A stretch of 64,000 bases of DNA from Synechococcus sp. (GTDB lineage Bacteria; Cyanobacteriota; Cyanobacteriia; PCC-6307; Cyanobiaceae). The stretch lies in assembly GCA_047285805.1 (NCBI GenBank), contig JBJBCN010000002.1:640001-704000 (forward strand). The letters are read 5' to 3'. The position numbers and the translations under genes were made by a program. Below, piece by piece: positions 41,668-51,852 of the stretch. The first letter of the stretch is position 1. Every line of letters begins with the position of its first letter. The notes under the pieces are model-generated. The model was not told where the DNA came from. It ran no database searches and saw only the letters and a program-made list of their open reading frames with translations.

Positions 41668-42510
41668 TTAACAGAGCACTCCAAGGGCCGCCAGTCGGTG
41701 CTGCAGGGCCTGCCAGTTAAAGCTGCGAGGATCCGCACGCTCCGCTCCAAGATCAACATGCCGATGGGTGGTGATCCGCTCTTTAGGAATGTGATAACGC
41801 TTCATCCAATCCACCAGAACAACTGCAAGGGAGTCGTACTGCGCTGAGCTGTAGCCACTGTGGCCTAGTGAATTGTTCTCCCCATCCAGTGGAGTTTCCA
41901 GGCTCAGATGCAACGCGAAGTTGTTGATAGACCCAGGTAACTCGGGGTTCAAAACAGCCCACTCACCGTCAAATGCTGAATACCCAGCTCCGTAGGCACG
42001 GAAGCGCGGGTGCAGCGCTTCAACGGCCTCACCGTTCTCTGCAATCAACAGGTGATAACTGACTTGGTCCTCATCCCTGGGGTTGTGCTTAATGAAGGTA
42101 TTCAGTGCGGACTGCAGACCGAAGACCGTCTCGTGCAGCACAACGAGCGTTGGAGTCGTGGTGAGTGGATTGCCAAAAGCGTCATGGGCAGCCCGTTGGG
42201 AGTAATTGGAGGGATCGATCTGGACACGCTTCAGGCTCGTCGTGTAGGCCTCTTGCTGTTCATTGAGTCGCGCTACCAACGCCCGATCATTGACCGCACA
42301 TTGCTTTGAGAGTGGACTGCTCCAAGTGGCTTGGGCAGGCGGCAAGGGTGCAGGCTGGGCGTTCGGCAGCGGATCGGGCAAGAAAGATGAACGCTGGCTT
42401 TCCCGTTGCCAAAGCGGAACCAACGCCGTGGCCGCCACCACAACCAAAACCAAGCCCAGGGCGCGTCGAGAGGGATGCCGAAGGTGCTGTTCCGGGACGA
42501 GACGGACCAT
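41668..42510 (-). CDS. N-acetylmuramoyl-L-alanine amidase (Amidase_2)
   Basis: VVLHET, VSYHLLI, RAYGAG, ITTHRHVD, DPRSF; N-terminal TM. Confidence 0.88.
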   Translation of the reverse strand: MVRLVPEQHLRHPSRRALGLVLVVVAATALVPLWQRESQRSSFLPDPLPNAQPAPLPPAQATWSSPLSKQCAVNDRALVARLNEQQEAYTTSLKRVQIDPSNYSQRAAHDAFGNPLTTTPTLVVLHETVFGLQSALNTFIKHNPRDEDQVSYHLLIAENGEAVEALHPRFRAYGAGYSAFDGEWAVLNPELPGSINNFALHLSLETPLDGENNSLGHSGYSSAQYDSLAVVLVDWMKRYHIPKERITTHRHVDLGAERADPRSFNWQALQHRLAALGVLC

Positions 42511-42512
42511 GG

Positions 42513-44243
42513 CTAGCCCGCGCGCTGTTGCAACCAGGCCTCCTGGGCCGCCTGCTGAACTGCACTCACTGTCGCCACCGGGGCGAGCACATAACGCTTC
42601 GGTTGGGCCGAGCCGCTGCAAAGCATCAGCTCCCGCAGGGCTGAGCGACGGGCCATGAGCAGGGGTTGGTTGTGCTCCGCCCGAAGCAGCGGTGAGATCT
42701 GCTCAGGCTGCGTCAGCCGCTGACCCGCCAGGCCAATCAGTTCATCACCCACCATCAGGCCAGCCCGTTCAGCAGGGCTATGACGCAGGACACGCTGAAC
42801 AACCAGTCGTCCAGCGTCCAGCCGCGTGGTCATCCCCGTCCATGGATGGCTGGACATCTCCGGCTCCAACGCCAGGCCTACATCCAACAGATAGCCAGAA
42901 CAATCCGGATCGTCGATGTCCGTCAACCAGTGCTGCAAGAGGGCCGCAACTCCGGGAACCTCGGCCTCGACAACAGCGAAGAGATCCGACTCCTTGTAAC
43001 CGCGGCGGTGACGTCCGTGGCTCTGCCAAAGGCTGCGAATGACCTTGGCAAGCGAACTGTGATGGCGCCTCAGGTGCAGGTCCAGACAGAGCGAGACCAC
43101 GGCCCCCTTGAGGTAGTAGCTGATCTGACTACTGGCGGAGTAGGCATCGGCCTTGTAGAGCTTGACCCACGCTGCCTCGCTGCTCTCGCGGAGGGTCTGC
43201 ACCTGACGCCCGGGACTCAGGAAGTAGCGGCTGAGGTCCTCACCAAGATCCTTGAAATAGTCAGCAGCAGACGTCAGCCCGGCCTGCAGGGGCAGAAGCT
43301 GGTCGAGGTAGCTGGTGACACCTTCGGCAAACCACAGGGTCGGAATCACCGTGGCTCGCTGGTAATCAATCGGTCGCAACTCCGCTGGGGTCAGGCGACG
43401 GACATTCCACTGGTGGAAGTACTCATGGGCGATCAGCTGCAGAAGCTTGCGGTAGCCGTTATCCGCTTCCAGGTTCCGTCGGCCGTAGACGAGAACGGTG
43501 CTGTCGTCGTGCTCAAGACCGCCATAGCCCTCATCCAGCAGATGGAGGATGAAGAGATAATCCGAACTGGCGGGCACGCCTTCCCCCATCAGTCGGCAAC
43601 ATGCCAGGCAGATCTGTTTGACATCGTCGAAGAACCTCGGGTGCCGCTCGACGAACCACGCTTCTGTGGCTGGATCGGAAAACCAAGTAACCCAGCGATG
43701 GGCGACGCCGTGGATCTGGAAATAGTGGTCCTGATGGGCCCCCGCTTCGATCGGACTGTCGATCAGATGATCCAGGTCTGATGCCAGCCATGCACCAGTG
43801 GCGTCCTGCCGTAAGGGAACAAAAGCCCTCCAGTCCTGGGGTAGACGGCAACGCAGCTGGTGGGGTTGCCAGCGTTTCCCCTCCACCTCAAGGACAACGG
43901 CGGCCAAGGCCAAAAAACCATGGTCCTGGTCGAGATGGCAGGTTCGGACCGTCAGCTCCGTGGCCATGACCGCATAGGTGATCGTCACCGGACCGCCGGC
44001 GGGATCGGCCTCAAGACACCAACTGGCCGGATCAGTCCGCGTAATCGATAGGTGTTGTCCCTGTTGGTGGGCGTTCAACCCCTCCAGCTGTTTGACGTAA
44101 TCACGGATCAGGTACGAGCCCGGGGTCCAGCCGGGAAGCGAGACCCGTTGTTTCCGCTGGGAGGCCTCAAAAACGAGCTGGACGCCCAAGAGGTGACTCT
44201 TAGGGTTGCTCAGATCAAGTTGGACCTGAACTAATCCAGTCAT
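42513..44243 (-). CDS. M61 glycyl aminopeptidase with PDZ domain
   Basis: WTPGSYL, GGLEH, AHEYFHQWN, WFAEGVTSY, SYYLKG, SPAERAGL. Confidence 0.92.
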   Translation of the reverse strand: MTGLVQVQLDLSNPKSHLLGVQLVFEASQRKQRVSLPGWTPGSYLIRDYVKQLEGLNAHQQGQHLSITRTDPASWCLEADPAGGPVTITYAVMATELTVRTCHLDQDHGFLALAAVVLEVEGKRWQPHQLRCRLPQDWRAFVPLRQDATGAWLASDLDHLIDSPIEAGAHQDHYFQIHGVAHRWVTWFSDPATEAWFVERHPRFFDDVKQICLACCRLMGEGVPASSDYLFILHLLDEGYGGLEHDDSTVLVYGRRNLEADNGYRKLLQLIAHEYFHQWNVRRLTPAELRPIDYQRATVIPTLWFAEGVTSYLDQLLPLQAGLTSAADYFKDLGEDLSRYFLSPGRQVQTLRESSEAAWVKLYKADAYSASSQISYYLKGAVVSLCLDLHLRRHHSSLAKVIRSLWQSHGRHRRGYKESDLFAVVEAEVPGVAALLQHWLTDIDDPDCSGYLLDVGLALEPEMSSHPWTGMTTRLDAGRLVVQRVLRHSPAERAGLMVGDELIGLAGQRLTQPEQISPLLRAEHNQPLLMARRSALRELMLCSGSAQPKRYVLAPVATVSAVQQAAQEAWLQQRAG

Positions 44244-44253
44244 CGTTGTTGCT

Positions 44254-44598
44254 TCAGCTGATCAATTCAACGGAAGCGCTGGCGAGCTCCGTGGCTGCCG
44301 CTTCGAGAGCCCGAAGGGCGGCATAGGTTTGGGTGATCTGGCCCACCAGTTGTTGGACCGAGTGGGAGCGGCCGAGGCGTTGCAGATCCCCAACAAGCGC
44401 CAAACTACTGTCGCTCTGGCGCGTCCATCCCAACTGAAGTTCAGGAGTCACCTGGACCCACAGGGTTACAGGTTTACGTTGATCCGCAAAGCCTTTGAGC
44501 TGGCCGCCCCAGTGGACTAAATAGCCGAGGTCCTCGAGGGCCTGAGCGAGTAGCCGCTCGTCCTGGAGGACCGTTGGCAGGATGGAGAGATGGGACAT
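44254..44598 (-). CDS. Ycf35/DUF1257 family protein
   Basis: MSHLSILPTVLQD..LLAQALEDLG; ATG 44598. Confidence 0.82.
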   Translation of the reverse strand: MSHLSILPTVLQDERLLAQALEDLGYLVHWGGQLKGFADQRKPVTLWVQVTPELQLGWTRQSDSSLALVGDLQRLGRSHSVQQLVGQITQTYAALRALEAAATELASASVELIS

Positions 44599-45276
44599 GG
44601 CCAGGACTCCACTTTTCACGACCCTAGCGGGGGTGAACTGGCCGTCCAGTGGCCGTTGCCACCAGCGCAGCCCATCGTCACCGAGCGACGCCTCCGCCTG
44701 GGGGTGATGGCCTCCGGATCCGGCAGCAACTTCGAGGCCCTGGTTCAGGCCTGCCAAAGAGATCAGCTTTGGGGCGATGTGGCGCTCTTGGTGGTCAACA
44801 ACCCGAACGCCGGGGCCTTGGAACGGGCGAAGCGCCTCGGGATTCAATTCCAGGTGCTGGACCATCGGCTCTATGCCTCCAGACAGGAGCTGGATCAGGC
44901 GCTGGTGACCAGCTTCAAAGCCGCCCAGGTGGACCTGGTGGTCATGGCCGGTTGGATGCGAATTGTGACCGACACGTTGATTCAGGCCTACCCCGAGCGG
45001 CTGATCAACATCCACCCCTCCCTCTTACCCAGCTTTCGAGGGGCCAAGGCCATTCACCAAGCGTTGGAGGCGGGCGTCAAGCTGACCGGCTGCACGGCCC
45101 ACCTCGTGGAGTTGGAGGTGGACACCGGACAGGTGCTGGTTCAGGCGGCGGTGCCGGTTCTGCCAGGGGACAGTGAGGCGAGCCTTTCGGAGCGCATTCA
45201 TCGCCAGGAGCACCGCATCCTGCCCCTGGCGGTGCAGCTCGCCGCTGAACGGATTGGCCTTCTCTATCAGGGGTAG
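44590..45276 (+). CDS. purN: Phosphoribosylglycinamide formyltransferase (true start may be downstream)
   Basis: GVMASGSGSNF, MAGWMR, NIHPSLLP, GCTAH..VDTG. Confidence 0.95.
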   Translation: MGHGQDSTFHDPSGGELAVQWPLPPAQPIVTERRLRLGVMASGSGSNFEALVQACQRDQLWGDVALLVVNNPNAGALERAKRLGIQFQVLDHRLYASRQELDQALVTSFKAAQVDLVVMAGWMRIVTDTLIQAYPERLINIHPSLLPSFRGAKAIHQALEAGVKLTGCTAHLVELEVDTGQVLVQAAVPVLPGDSEASLSERIHRQEHRILPLAVQLAAERIGLLYQG

Positions 45277-46331
45277 AAGGGCAGCAGGGGAAGCCCGGTT
45301 TCAGCGGGCAAACCCGCCATCAGATTCAGGCACTGGACACCCTGTCCCGCCTGTCCTTTGACCATGTTGTCGATCGCACTCATCACGATCAGCTGCCCGG
45401 TGCGCTGGTCTACCTGCACGGAAAGCAACGCCTTGTTGGTTTGACGCACCCACTTGGTTGAAGGATAGGTGCCGGCTGGCAGAACTTGAACGCAAGGGGC
45501 ATGGCGGTAGGCCGCCTCGAGAAGCGTCGTGCAGTCCTCAGCGGTCAGACCGGGATCCCGCAGCCGGCCATAGACAGTCGCCAGGAGGCCCCGAACCATC
45601 GGCGTCAGGTGCGGCGTGAACTGGAGCTGAATGCTGGCCCCCGCCGCACGACCGCATAGCTGCTCGATTTCACTGGTGTGGCGATGGCCGACGACGCCGT
45701 AGGGCGAGATGCCTTCAGATGCCTCCGCGAGAAGCAGATGCTCCTTTGCCGCCCGTCCGCCGCCACTGGTCCCAGTTTTGGCGTCGATGATGATGCCGCT
45801 GGTCTCGATCAGCCCCTGCTTTAGGAAAGGCGTCAACGCCAACAGGCTTGCCGTCGGGAAACAGCCCGGGGCTGCCACCAAGCGCGCCTGGGCGATCTTC
45901 TCCTGCTCCCATTCCACCAAGCCATAGACGGCTTCCTGGCAAAGGTTGGCGTCCTCGCGGGGGAACTCGCGGGCCTCTGAGGTGTAGACCTCCTTCCAAT
46001 GCTGCAGAGAGCTGTAGCGATAGTCAGCAGAGAGATCCACAACCTTGACCCCCCGCTCGAGCAGCGCGGGCGCCAGCCGGGAGGCCAGGCCATTGGGCAG
46101 ACTCAACAGCGCGAAGTCAGCTGCCTCGGCAATGGCATCCACCTGGGGGCTCTGCACCACCGGATCGCCCGGTAGGGGCAAAAAGGGCGTGATCTGACTC
46201 CAGCGCTTGCCGCTGCTGCGTTCCCCGCCGAGGAAGCTGACACTGAGTTCGGGATGGCCCTGAAGCAGCCGGAGCGTCTGCAGACCACCGTAGCCCGAGG
46301 CCCCGATCACGGCGACGCGCTGACTTGCCAT
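45267..46331 (-). CDS. argC: N-acetyl-gamma-glutamyl-phosphate reductase
   Basis: GASGYGG, VDLSADYR, APGCFPT, SGGGR, DNMVKGQAGQ. Confidence 0.96.
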   Translation of the reverse strand: MASQRVAVIGASGYGGLQTLRLLQGHPELSVSFLGGERSSGKRWSQITPFLPLPGDPVVQSPQVDAIAEAADFALLSLPNGLASRLAPALLERGVKVVDLSADYRYSSLQHWKEVYTSEAREFPREDANLCQEAVYGLVEWEQEKIAQARLVAAPGCFPTASLLALTPFLKQGLIETSGIIIDAKTGTSGGGRAAKEHLLLAEASEGISPYGVVGHRHTSEIEQLCGRAAGASIQLQFTPHLTPMVRGLLATVYGRLRDPGLTAEDCTTLLEAAYRHAPCVQVLPAGTYPSTKWVRQTNKALLSVQVDQRTGQLIVMSAIDNMVKGQAGQGVQCLNLMAGLPAETGLPLLPFYP

Positions 46332-46420
46332 GGAGTGCACAGGGGAACAAAGAATCGTACCGGGCTTTATAAAAGTGTTAGTAAGCTTGGCTTTAGAGCC
46401 CGCCTTCCCTGAACCAGCCT

Positions 46421-48040
46421 CTGACCCAGGACGCGTTTCTCTTCGATTCCATCGCGGACGGTTTGGCCGCGATCCGCAATGGCGAGATGGTCGTGGTTGT
46501 GGATGACGAAAATCGCGAAAATGAGGGCGATCTGATCTGCGCCGCTCAGTTCGCCACCCCCGAGCAGATCAACTTCATGGCCACCGAAGCCCGGGGCCTG
46601 ATCTGCCTGGCCATGGAAGGTGAGCGGCTGGATGAACTTGATCTGCCCCTGATGGTGGATCGCAACACCGATAGCAACCAGACGGCCTTCACCGTTAGCG
46701 TCGATGCCGGCCCAGAAAGCGGTGTTTCGACGGGGATCTCCGCAGAGGACCGGGCCCGCACGATCCAGGTAGCCATCCACCCAGACACCCGTCCCAATGA
46801 TCTGAGGCGACCAGGTCACATCTTCCCATTGCGGGCCAAGCAGGGCGGCGTGTTGAAGCGTGCCGGCCACACCGAGGCCGCCGTCGACCTAGCCCAGATG
46901 GCAGGGCTCTACCCAGCCGGCGTGATTTGCGAGATCCAAAACGCCGACGGGTCCATGGCCCGGTTCCCCCAGCTGGCGAAGTACGCGCAGCGCCACGATC
47001 TGCGCTTCATCAACATCGCCGATCTGATCCGCTACCGCCTGGATACAGAACGCTTTGTGCGACGGCAGGCCGAAGCGATGTTGCCCAGTGCCTTTGGTCA
47101 GTTCCGCGCCATCGGCTATCGCAATGAACTGGATGGCTCCGACCACGTGGCCATCGTCAAGGGCAATCCCGAACAGACCTCGGGGCCTGTCCTGGTGCGG
47201 GTGCACAGCGAATGCCTCACGGGCGATGCCTTCGGCTCCTTGCGCTGTGATTGCCGCCCGCAACTGGAGTCAGCCCTGCGGATGATCGAGGAGGCCGGTG
47301 AGGGCGTCGTCGTTTACCTGCGGCAAGAGGGCCGAGGCATCGGCTTAATCAACAAATTGAAGGCCTACTCGCTGCAGGACGGCGGCCTGGACACCGTGGA
47401 GGCCAATGAGCGCCTGGGATTCCCCGCCGATCTGCGCAACTACGGCGTGGGGGCTCAGATCCTCAGTGATCTGGGAATTCACCGTCTGAAATTGATCACC
47501 AATAACCCGCGCAAAATTGCCGGTCTTGGCGGTTATGGCCTCGAAGTGGTCGACCGGGTCCCATTGGTCATGGATCCAGGCCAACACAACGTCAATTACC
47601 TGCAAACCAAACAGGTCAAATTGGGGCATCTCATGGACACCGGAGCTGCACATGGTCCCGCCGCTGTCCTGGCCTGGAAGCCGAGCTCTGGTCACGACGA
47701 CGCGACGAGCGCGACTCTCTTTCAGGAGCTCTACAGCTGGGCCGATCAGCAGGGTCTGGACCTGGAGCGCGAAGAGCACTCCCGTGTGCTGGCGCTGATG
47801 GATCAACCTGAGCTCGCTGTGCTGGTCAGCGGAGGAACGGCGGAGTTACTGCAGCAAATTCTTAAGACCATGTCGGCATGGCCCCAGACGCAAAGCGTGA
47901 GCATGCTGCTCGCTCCCGATGCCCAGCGCAGTTCACACCCAAGCAACACCCTGGAAGCCCAGCGACTTCCCCTGCAGGAACTGCAGTCGGGTCATGCGGG
48001 TGTTCCCCTCGAAAGCGGAGCCCTGCTGCGCTGGTGTTAA
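46421..48040 (+). CDS. ribBA: Bifunctional DHBP synthase / GTP cyclohydrolase II
   Basis: [49 protein letters not shown] lies upstream of TTG 46463, so start placed at CTG 46421. Confidence 0.95.
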   Translation: MTQDAFLFDSIADGLAAIRNGEMVVVVDDENRENEGDLICAAQFATPEQINFMATEARGLICLAMEGERLDELDLPLMVDRNTDSNQTAFTVSVDAGPESGVSTGISAEDRARTIQVAIHPDTRPNDLRRPGHIFPLRAKQGGVLKRAGHTEAAVDLAQMAGLYPAGVICEIQNADGSMARFPQLAKYAQRHDLRFINIADLIRYRLDTERFVRRQAEAMLPSAFGQFRAIGYRNELDGSDHVAIVKGNPEQTSGPVLVRVHSECLTGDAFGSLRCDCRPQLESALRMIEEAGEGVVVYLRQEGRGIGLINKLKAYSLQDGGLDTVEANERLGFPADLRNYGVGAQILSDLGIHRLKLITNNPRKIAGLGGYGLEVVDRVPLVMDPGQHNVNYLQTKQVKLGHLMDTGAAHGPAAVLAWKPSSGHDDATSATLFQELYSWADQQGLDLEREEHSRVLALMDQPELAVLVSGGTAELLQQILKTMSAWPQTQSVSMLLAPDAQRSSHPSNTLEAQRLPLQELQSGHAGVPLESGALLRWC

Positions 48041-48097
48041 GCGCAACAGGGCTCTGAGGGGATCGGCTAAATGGGCTGTCTGCCAGCCCCAGCTGGA

Positions 48098-48538
48098 TCA
48101 GCCTTGGATGGTGACCTTGTTGATCCGGCTGCCATTCTTGAGGGCGTGAACCACGTCCATGTTTCCGGTGTGACCGAAGACGGTGTGGACGCCGTCAAGG
48201 TGGGGCTGGGCTTCGTGGCAGATGTAGAACTGCGAGCCACCGGTGTTTTTACCGGCGTGAGCCATGGCCAGAGTGCCGGCTTGGTGCTTCTTCGCGTTGA
48301 TCTCGCAGTCGATCTGATAGCCAGGGCCACCGGTGCCTGCCATGCCACGGGACCCCTCACGGCTGTTGGGGCAACCGCCTTGGGCCATGAAGCCAGGAAT
48401 CACACGGTGAAAGGCCAGGCCGTCATAGAAGCCGTCCTTGGCCAGTTTCACGAAGTTGGCCACGGTGTTGGGCGCGTCGGCTTCGAACATTTCCAGTTCG
48501 ATCGTGCCGGCATCGGTCTCCATCACGGCTTTGGTCAC
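48098..48538 (-). CDS. Cyclophilin-type peptidyl-prolyl isomerase
   Basis: [35 protein letters not shown]. Confidence 0.95.
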   Translation of the reverse strand: MTKAVMETDAGTIELEMFEADAPNTVANFVKLAKDGFYDGLAFHRVIPGFMAQGGCPNSREGSRGMAGTGGPGYQIDCEINAKKHQAGTLAMAHAGKNTGGSQFYICHEAQPHLDGVHTVFGHTGNMDVVHALKNGSRINKVTIQG

Positions 48539-48601
48539 GGTGAGATCGGCAGCAAACCGACTCAGTATGGGCGCTCCGGTAGAAGTGAGGAGATCTGATT
48601 A

Positions 48602-49519
48602 GTGGTGATGTCCGTCCCCTATTCCGTTGATCTCAGCCAAGCCCGCCTTGGGGTCCTCGGCGGCAGCGGGCTGTACACAATGGACGGTCTTGAGGACATC
48701 CAAGAACTCACGGTTGACACTCCCTTCGGTACCCCGTCAGACCAACTGCGCCTGGGTCGCTTAGGCGGAATGGAGGTGGTCTTCTTGGCCCGCCATGGCC
48801 GGCACCACACCTTCCTGCCGACGGAAGTGCCTTACCGGGCCAACATCTGGGCGATGCGCTCCCTTGGCGTCCGTTGGATTGTGTCTCCCTCCGCGGTCGG
48901 CTCTCTTCTACAGGAGATTCCGCCCCTAGACATGGTGGTCCCGGATCAATTCATCGATCGCACGCGGGATCGCCCAAAGAGCTTCTTCGGCGAAGGCGCG
49001 GTAGCCCACGTTGCCCTGGCTGACCCCTTCTGCCACAGCCTCAGCCGCATCTTGGCAGATGTCGCCGACAGCCTGATGCCCGATGGCCGCACCTTGCACC
49101 GCGGAGGGACCTACCTCTGCATGGAGGGTCCGGCGTTCTCCACCCGCGCTGAATCGAACCTCTATCGCAGCTGGGGCTGTTCGGTAATCGGGATGACGAA
49201 CCACACCGAGGCCCGGCTGGCCCGCGAGGCAGAAATCGCCTACGCAACCTTGGCGATGGCGACAGACTACGACTGTTGGTATGCCGACCACGACAGCGTG
49301 ACCGTCGAGATGGTGATCGGCAACCTGAAGGCCAATGCCGCCCTCGCTACCCAGATCGTCAAAACCACGGCTGAACGAATCGCGGCACTTAGGCCAGGGA
49401 GTCCGGCCCACCACGCCCTGAAGGATGCGCTGATGACGCCGGCCGATCAGGTTCCGGTTGTCACCCGGCGGAAGCTCAATCTGTTCACCGAGCCTTATTG
49501 GGGAGCGTTTACTGGCTAA
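48602..49519 (+). CDS. mtnP: S-methyl-5'-thioadenosine phosphorylase
   Basis: GVLGGSG, TPFGTPS, ARHGRHH, MEGPAFSTRAES, ATDYDCW. Confidence 0.94.
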   Translation: MVMSVPYSVDLSQARLGVLGGSGLYTMDGLEDIQELTVDTPFGTPSDQLRLGRLGGMEVVFLARHGRHHTFLPTEVPYRANIWAMRSLGVRWIVSPSAVGSLLQEIPPLDMVVPDQFIDRTRDRPKSFFGEGAVAHVALADPFCHSLSRILADVADSLMPDGRTLHRGGTYLCMEGPAFSTRAESNLYRSWGCSVIGMTNHTEARLAREAEIAYATLAMATDYDCWYADHDSVTVEMVIGNLKANAALATQIVKTTAERIAALRPGSPAHHALKDALMTPADQVPVVTRRKLNLFTEPYWGAFTG

Positions 49520-50433
49520 GCGCTCAAGGCCTGCCGCAGATTGCCGCCCCAGTGCTCCAGCAGCTGGCGAGCTGCGGACAGCTCGAGGGAATGCCGTGCC
49601 ATCACCAGGGCGAGCTTGACGGACCCCCCACTGGCTTCAAGTAGGGCCCGGCCTTGATCACGGCTGACACCAGCCAGGTCGACCAAGATCCTTAGGGCTC
49701 GGTCTTCAAGTTTGCTGTTGGTGACCGCCACGTCGACCATGCGGTTGCCATAGACCTTCCCGAGCCGCACCATCACGCCAGTGCTCAGGATGTTGAGCGC
49801 CATCTTCGTGGCCGTCCCGGCCTTCAGACGGGTCGAGCCCGTCAGGACCTCTGGCCCGGTGACCAAACGGATATCGATCGCGCAAGGCATGGGGACCTGC
49901 TCGGCAGGAACGCAGGCCATGGCGATGGCTAAGGCATCGATGGAGTTGGCGTAGTTCAGCGCGCCATGGACATAGGGCGTGGTCCCACCAGCCGCGATGC
50001 CCACCAGGGCGTCTTGGGGGCCAAAATTCTTGGTCTGCAGATCCGACTGGCCGGCATCAAAACGGTCCTCAAGGCCCTCGGAACTGCGCAGCAGAGCTGG
50101 GACGCCTCCGGCCAAGACCCCCTGAACAAGCTCGGGCGGGCTGCAAAACGTTGGCGGGCACTCGGCAGCATCCAACACACCGAGGCGACCAGAGGTGCCG
50201 GCCCCCAGATAGAACAATCGCCCACCAGCCTGAAGGCGCTCGGCGATGGCCTCAATCGCATGGGCCAGCGCACCCGATGCGGCTGCAACGGCTTCTTGGG
50301 GTTTGCGATCCTCCGCCACAAACACCCGAACGAGCTCCTCGGTGCTGAGGGCGTCCAAGTCAGTACTCGCGGGATTGACCTGTTCGGTCAGCAGATGGCC
50401 CCGATGAACGTCCTCGAACGCGGAAGAGCTCAC
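49516..50433 (-). CDS. murQ: N-acetylmuramic acid 6-phosphate etherase
   Basis: GAGTSGRLGVLDAAECPPTF, GPEVLTGSTRLKAGTATK. Confidence 0.96.
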   Translation of the reverse strand: MSSSAFEDVHRGHLLTEQVNPASTDLDALSTEELVRVFVAEDRKPQEAVAAASGALAHAIEAIAERLQAGGRLFYLGAGTSGRLGVLDAAECPPTFCSPPELVQGVLAGGVPALLRSSEGLEDRFDAGQSDLQTKNFGPQDALVGIAAGGTTPYVHGALNYANSIDALAIAMACVPAEQVPMPCAIDIRLVTGPEVLTGSTRLKAGTATKMALNILSTGVMVRLGKVYGNRMVDVAVTNSKLEDRALRILVDLAGVSRDQGRALLEASGGSVKLALVMARHSLELSAARQLLEHWGGNLRQALSA

Positions 50434-50870
50434 AGCAACCCCTCGAGGCGCCGGCGGAAATCCTCCAATTCGCTGTTGCCCGTGCTGATGGGCTCCTCGA
50501 ACGGTGCGGCGGGTGCCTCGGCGGTTTGGGTGGCCTCCTGACCGGAATCGGGCTGGTCCCGCCAGGTGGTCACATCCATATTTTTTTCCGGGGGTGCAAT
50601 CAGCAGGCGTTCTTCGGCGGTCTGGGGCAGAAAACCACTGGGAACGAAACGAGCCTCGTACCCCGCGCTGGAACAGAACTCCTCCATCTCGCGCCGGTCA
50701 ATGGCGTCGACTGTGGGCATGGGAAAGTCCTGCGCTTCAAGCAAACCGGCGTAACGCTCCGCATCATCCCGATCCTCAAAGAGGAGGACCACCGTGGAAC
50801 CGTTCAGTTCGAGCGAGTGGATGCCCTCGTTCTCGCTGCCAGCGTCAAAGAGCAGAACGTGAACCGACAT
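50430..50870 (-). CDS. DUF3110 family protein
   Basis: VHVLLF...EGIHSL, FEDRDDAERYAGLLEAQDF, LEDFRRRLEGLL. Confidence 0.82.
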   Translation of the reverse strand: MSVHVLLFDAGSENEGIHSLELNGSTVVLLFEDRDDAERYAGLLEAQDFPMPTVDAIDRREMEEFCSSAGYEARFVPSGFLPQTAEERLLIAPPEKNMDVTTWRDQPDSGQEATQTAEAPAAPFEEPISTGNSELEDFRRRLEGLL

Positions 50871-50899
50871 CACAAACGCACGGGTCAATCCGCAGTCTC

Positions 50900-51835
50900 T
50901 CACTGATTGACCGCACGATCACGGCCCCCCTCAATTTCCTCAGCGAGCTGTTGCAGCCTGCGATACAGGGCTTCTTCGGCCTCGGTCAGCCCCTGGGGGA
51001 CAACCAGACGAATCTCGACCAACTGATCGCCACGTTGGTCTAAGCGACTCAAGCCACGCGAGCGCAACCGCAGCAGGCGGCCGCTCGAGGATCCAGGCGG
51101 AATGCGCAGTTGCACCGGACCATCCAGGGTGGGGACGACGGCCATACACCCCAAGGCTCCCTCGGCGGGGGAGAGCTCCAGTTGGTAGTGAACCCTCAAA
51201 CCATCAATGCGAAGGCCATCATCCGTGCGGACGCGCAGCTGCAAAAAATGATCCCGGCCACCGGGGGCCACCCCAGCCAAACGAAGACGCCATCCGTCAC
51301 CGGCCATGGCTGGGGTCCAAACCTCTATGGCTGTCCCGTCCGGCAGCTCCAACTCAATGCGAACACCATCAAGGGCCTGCTCAGGCGTGAGATCGACCAC
51401 CGATTCGAGCTCTTCGCTAGCGACTACAGGTGGCGGTGGCGGTGGCACCGGTGGCGTCACACCTCCCGGGGGGTGCTCGTCGTACGGCTCCTCGTCAGAG
51501 GCGTACTGGGCTGGACGTCGAGTCTCTCGGTGGAAGATGACGTCCAGATACTGCTCGAAGTCGGGGAAACCGGTCGCGAAGGGATCCAGGCCCGCCGCTG
51601 CAGCGGCGGCTTCATCCAGACCGGACTCCCATTGCTGCCGTCTCTGGGGGTCACTGAGTACAGCGTAGGCCTCGTTGACCGCCTTGAACTGTTCCTCGGC
51701 ATGGGGATCGTCCCCATTCAGGTCGGGATGCCAACGCCGGGCTTGTTGGCGAAAAGCACGCTTTAACGAAGAGGCATCCGCCCCTGGATTAAGGCCGAGG
51801 ACGGCCCAATGGTTAATTCTGCCCGTCTCGGACAT
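50900..51835 (-). CDS. dnaJ: DnaJ-class chaperone without Zn finger
   Basis: WHPDLN J-domain, DnaJ_C-like LRLRSRGL...GDQLV; downstream of dnaK. Confidence 0.88.
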   Translation of the reverse strand: MSETGRINHWAVLGLNPGADASSLKRAFRQQARRWHPDLNGDDPHAEEQFKAVNEAYAVLSDPQRRQQWESGLDEAAAAAAGLDPFATGFPDFEQYLDVIFHRETRRPAQYASDEEPYDEHPPGGVTPPVPPPPPPVVASEELESVVDLTPEQALDGVRIELELPDGTAIEVWTPAMAGDGWRLRLAGVAPGGRDHFLQLRVRTDDGLRIDGLRVHYQLELSPAEGALGCMAVVPTLDGPVQLRIPPGSSSGRLLRLRSRGLSRLDQRGDQLVEIRLVVPQGLTEAEEALYRRLQQLAEEIEGGRDRAVNQ

Positions 51836-51852
51836 CACAGGACTCACCTCCG

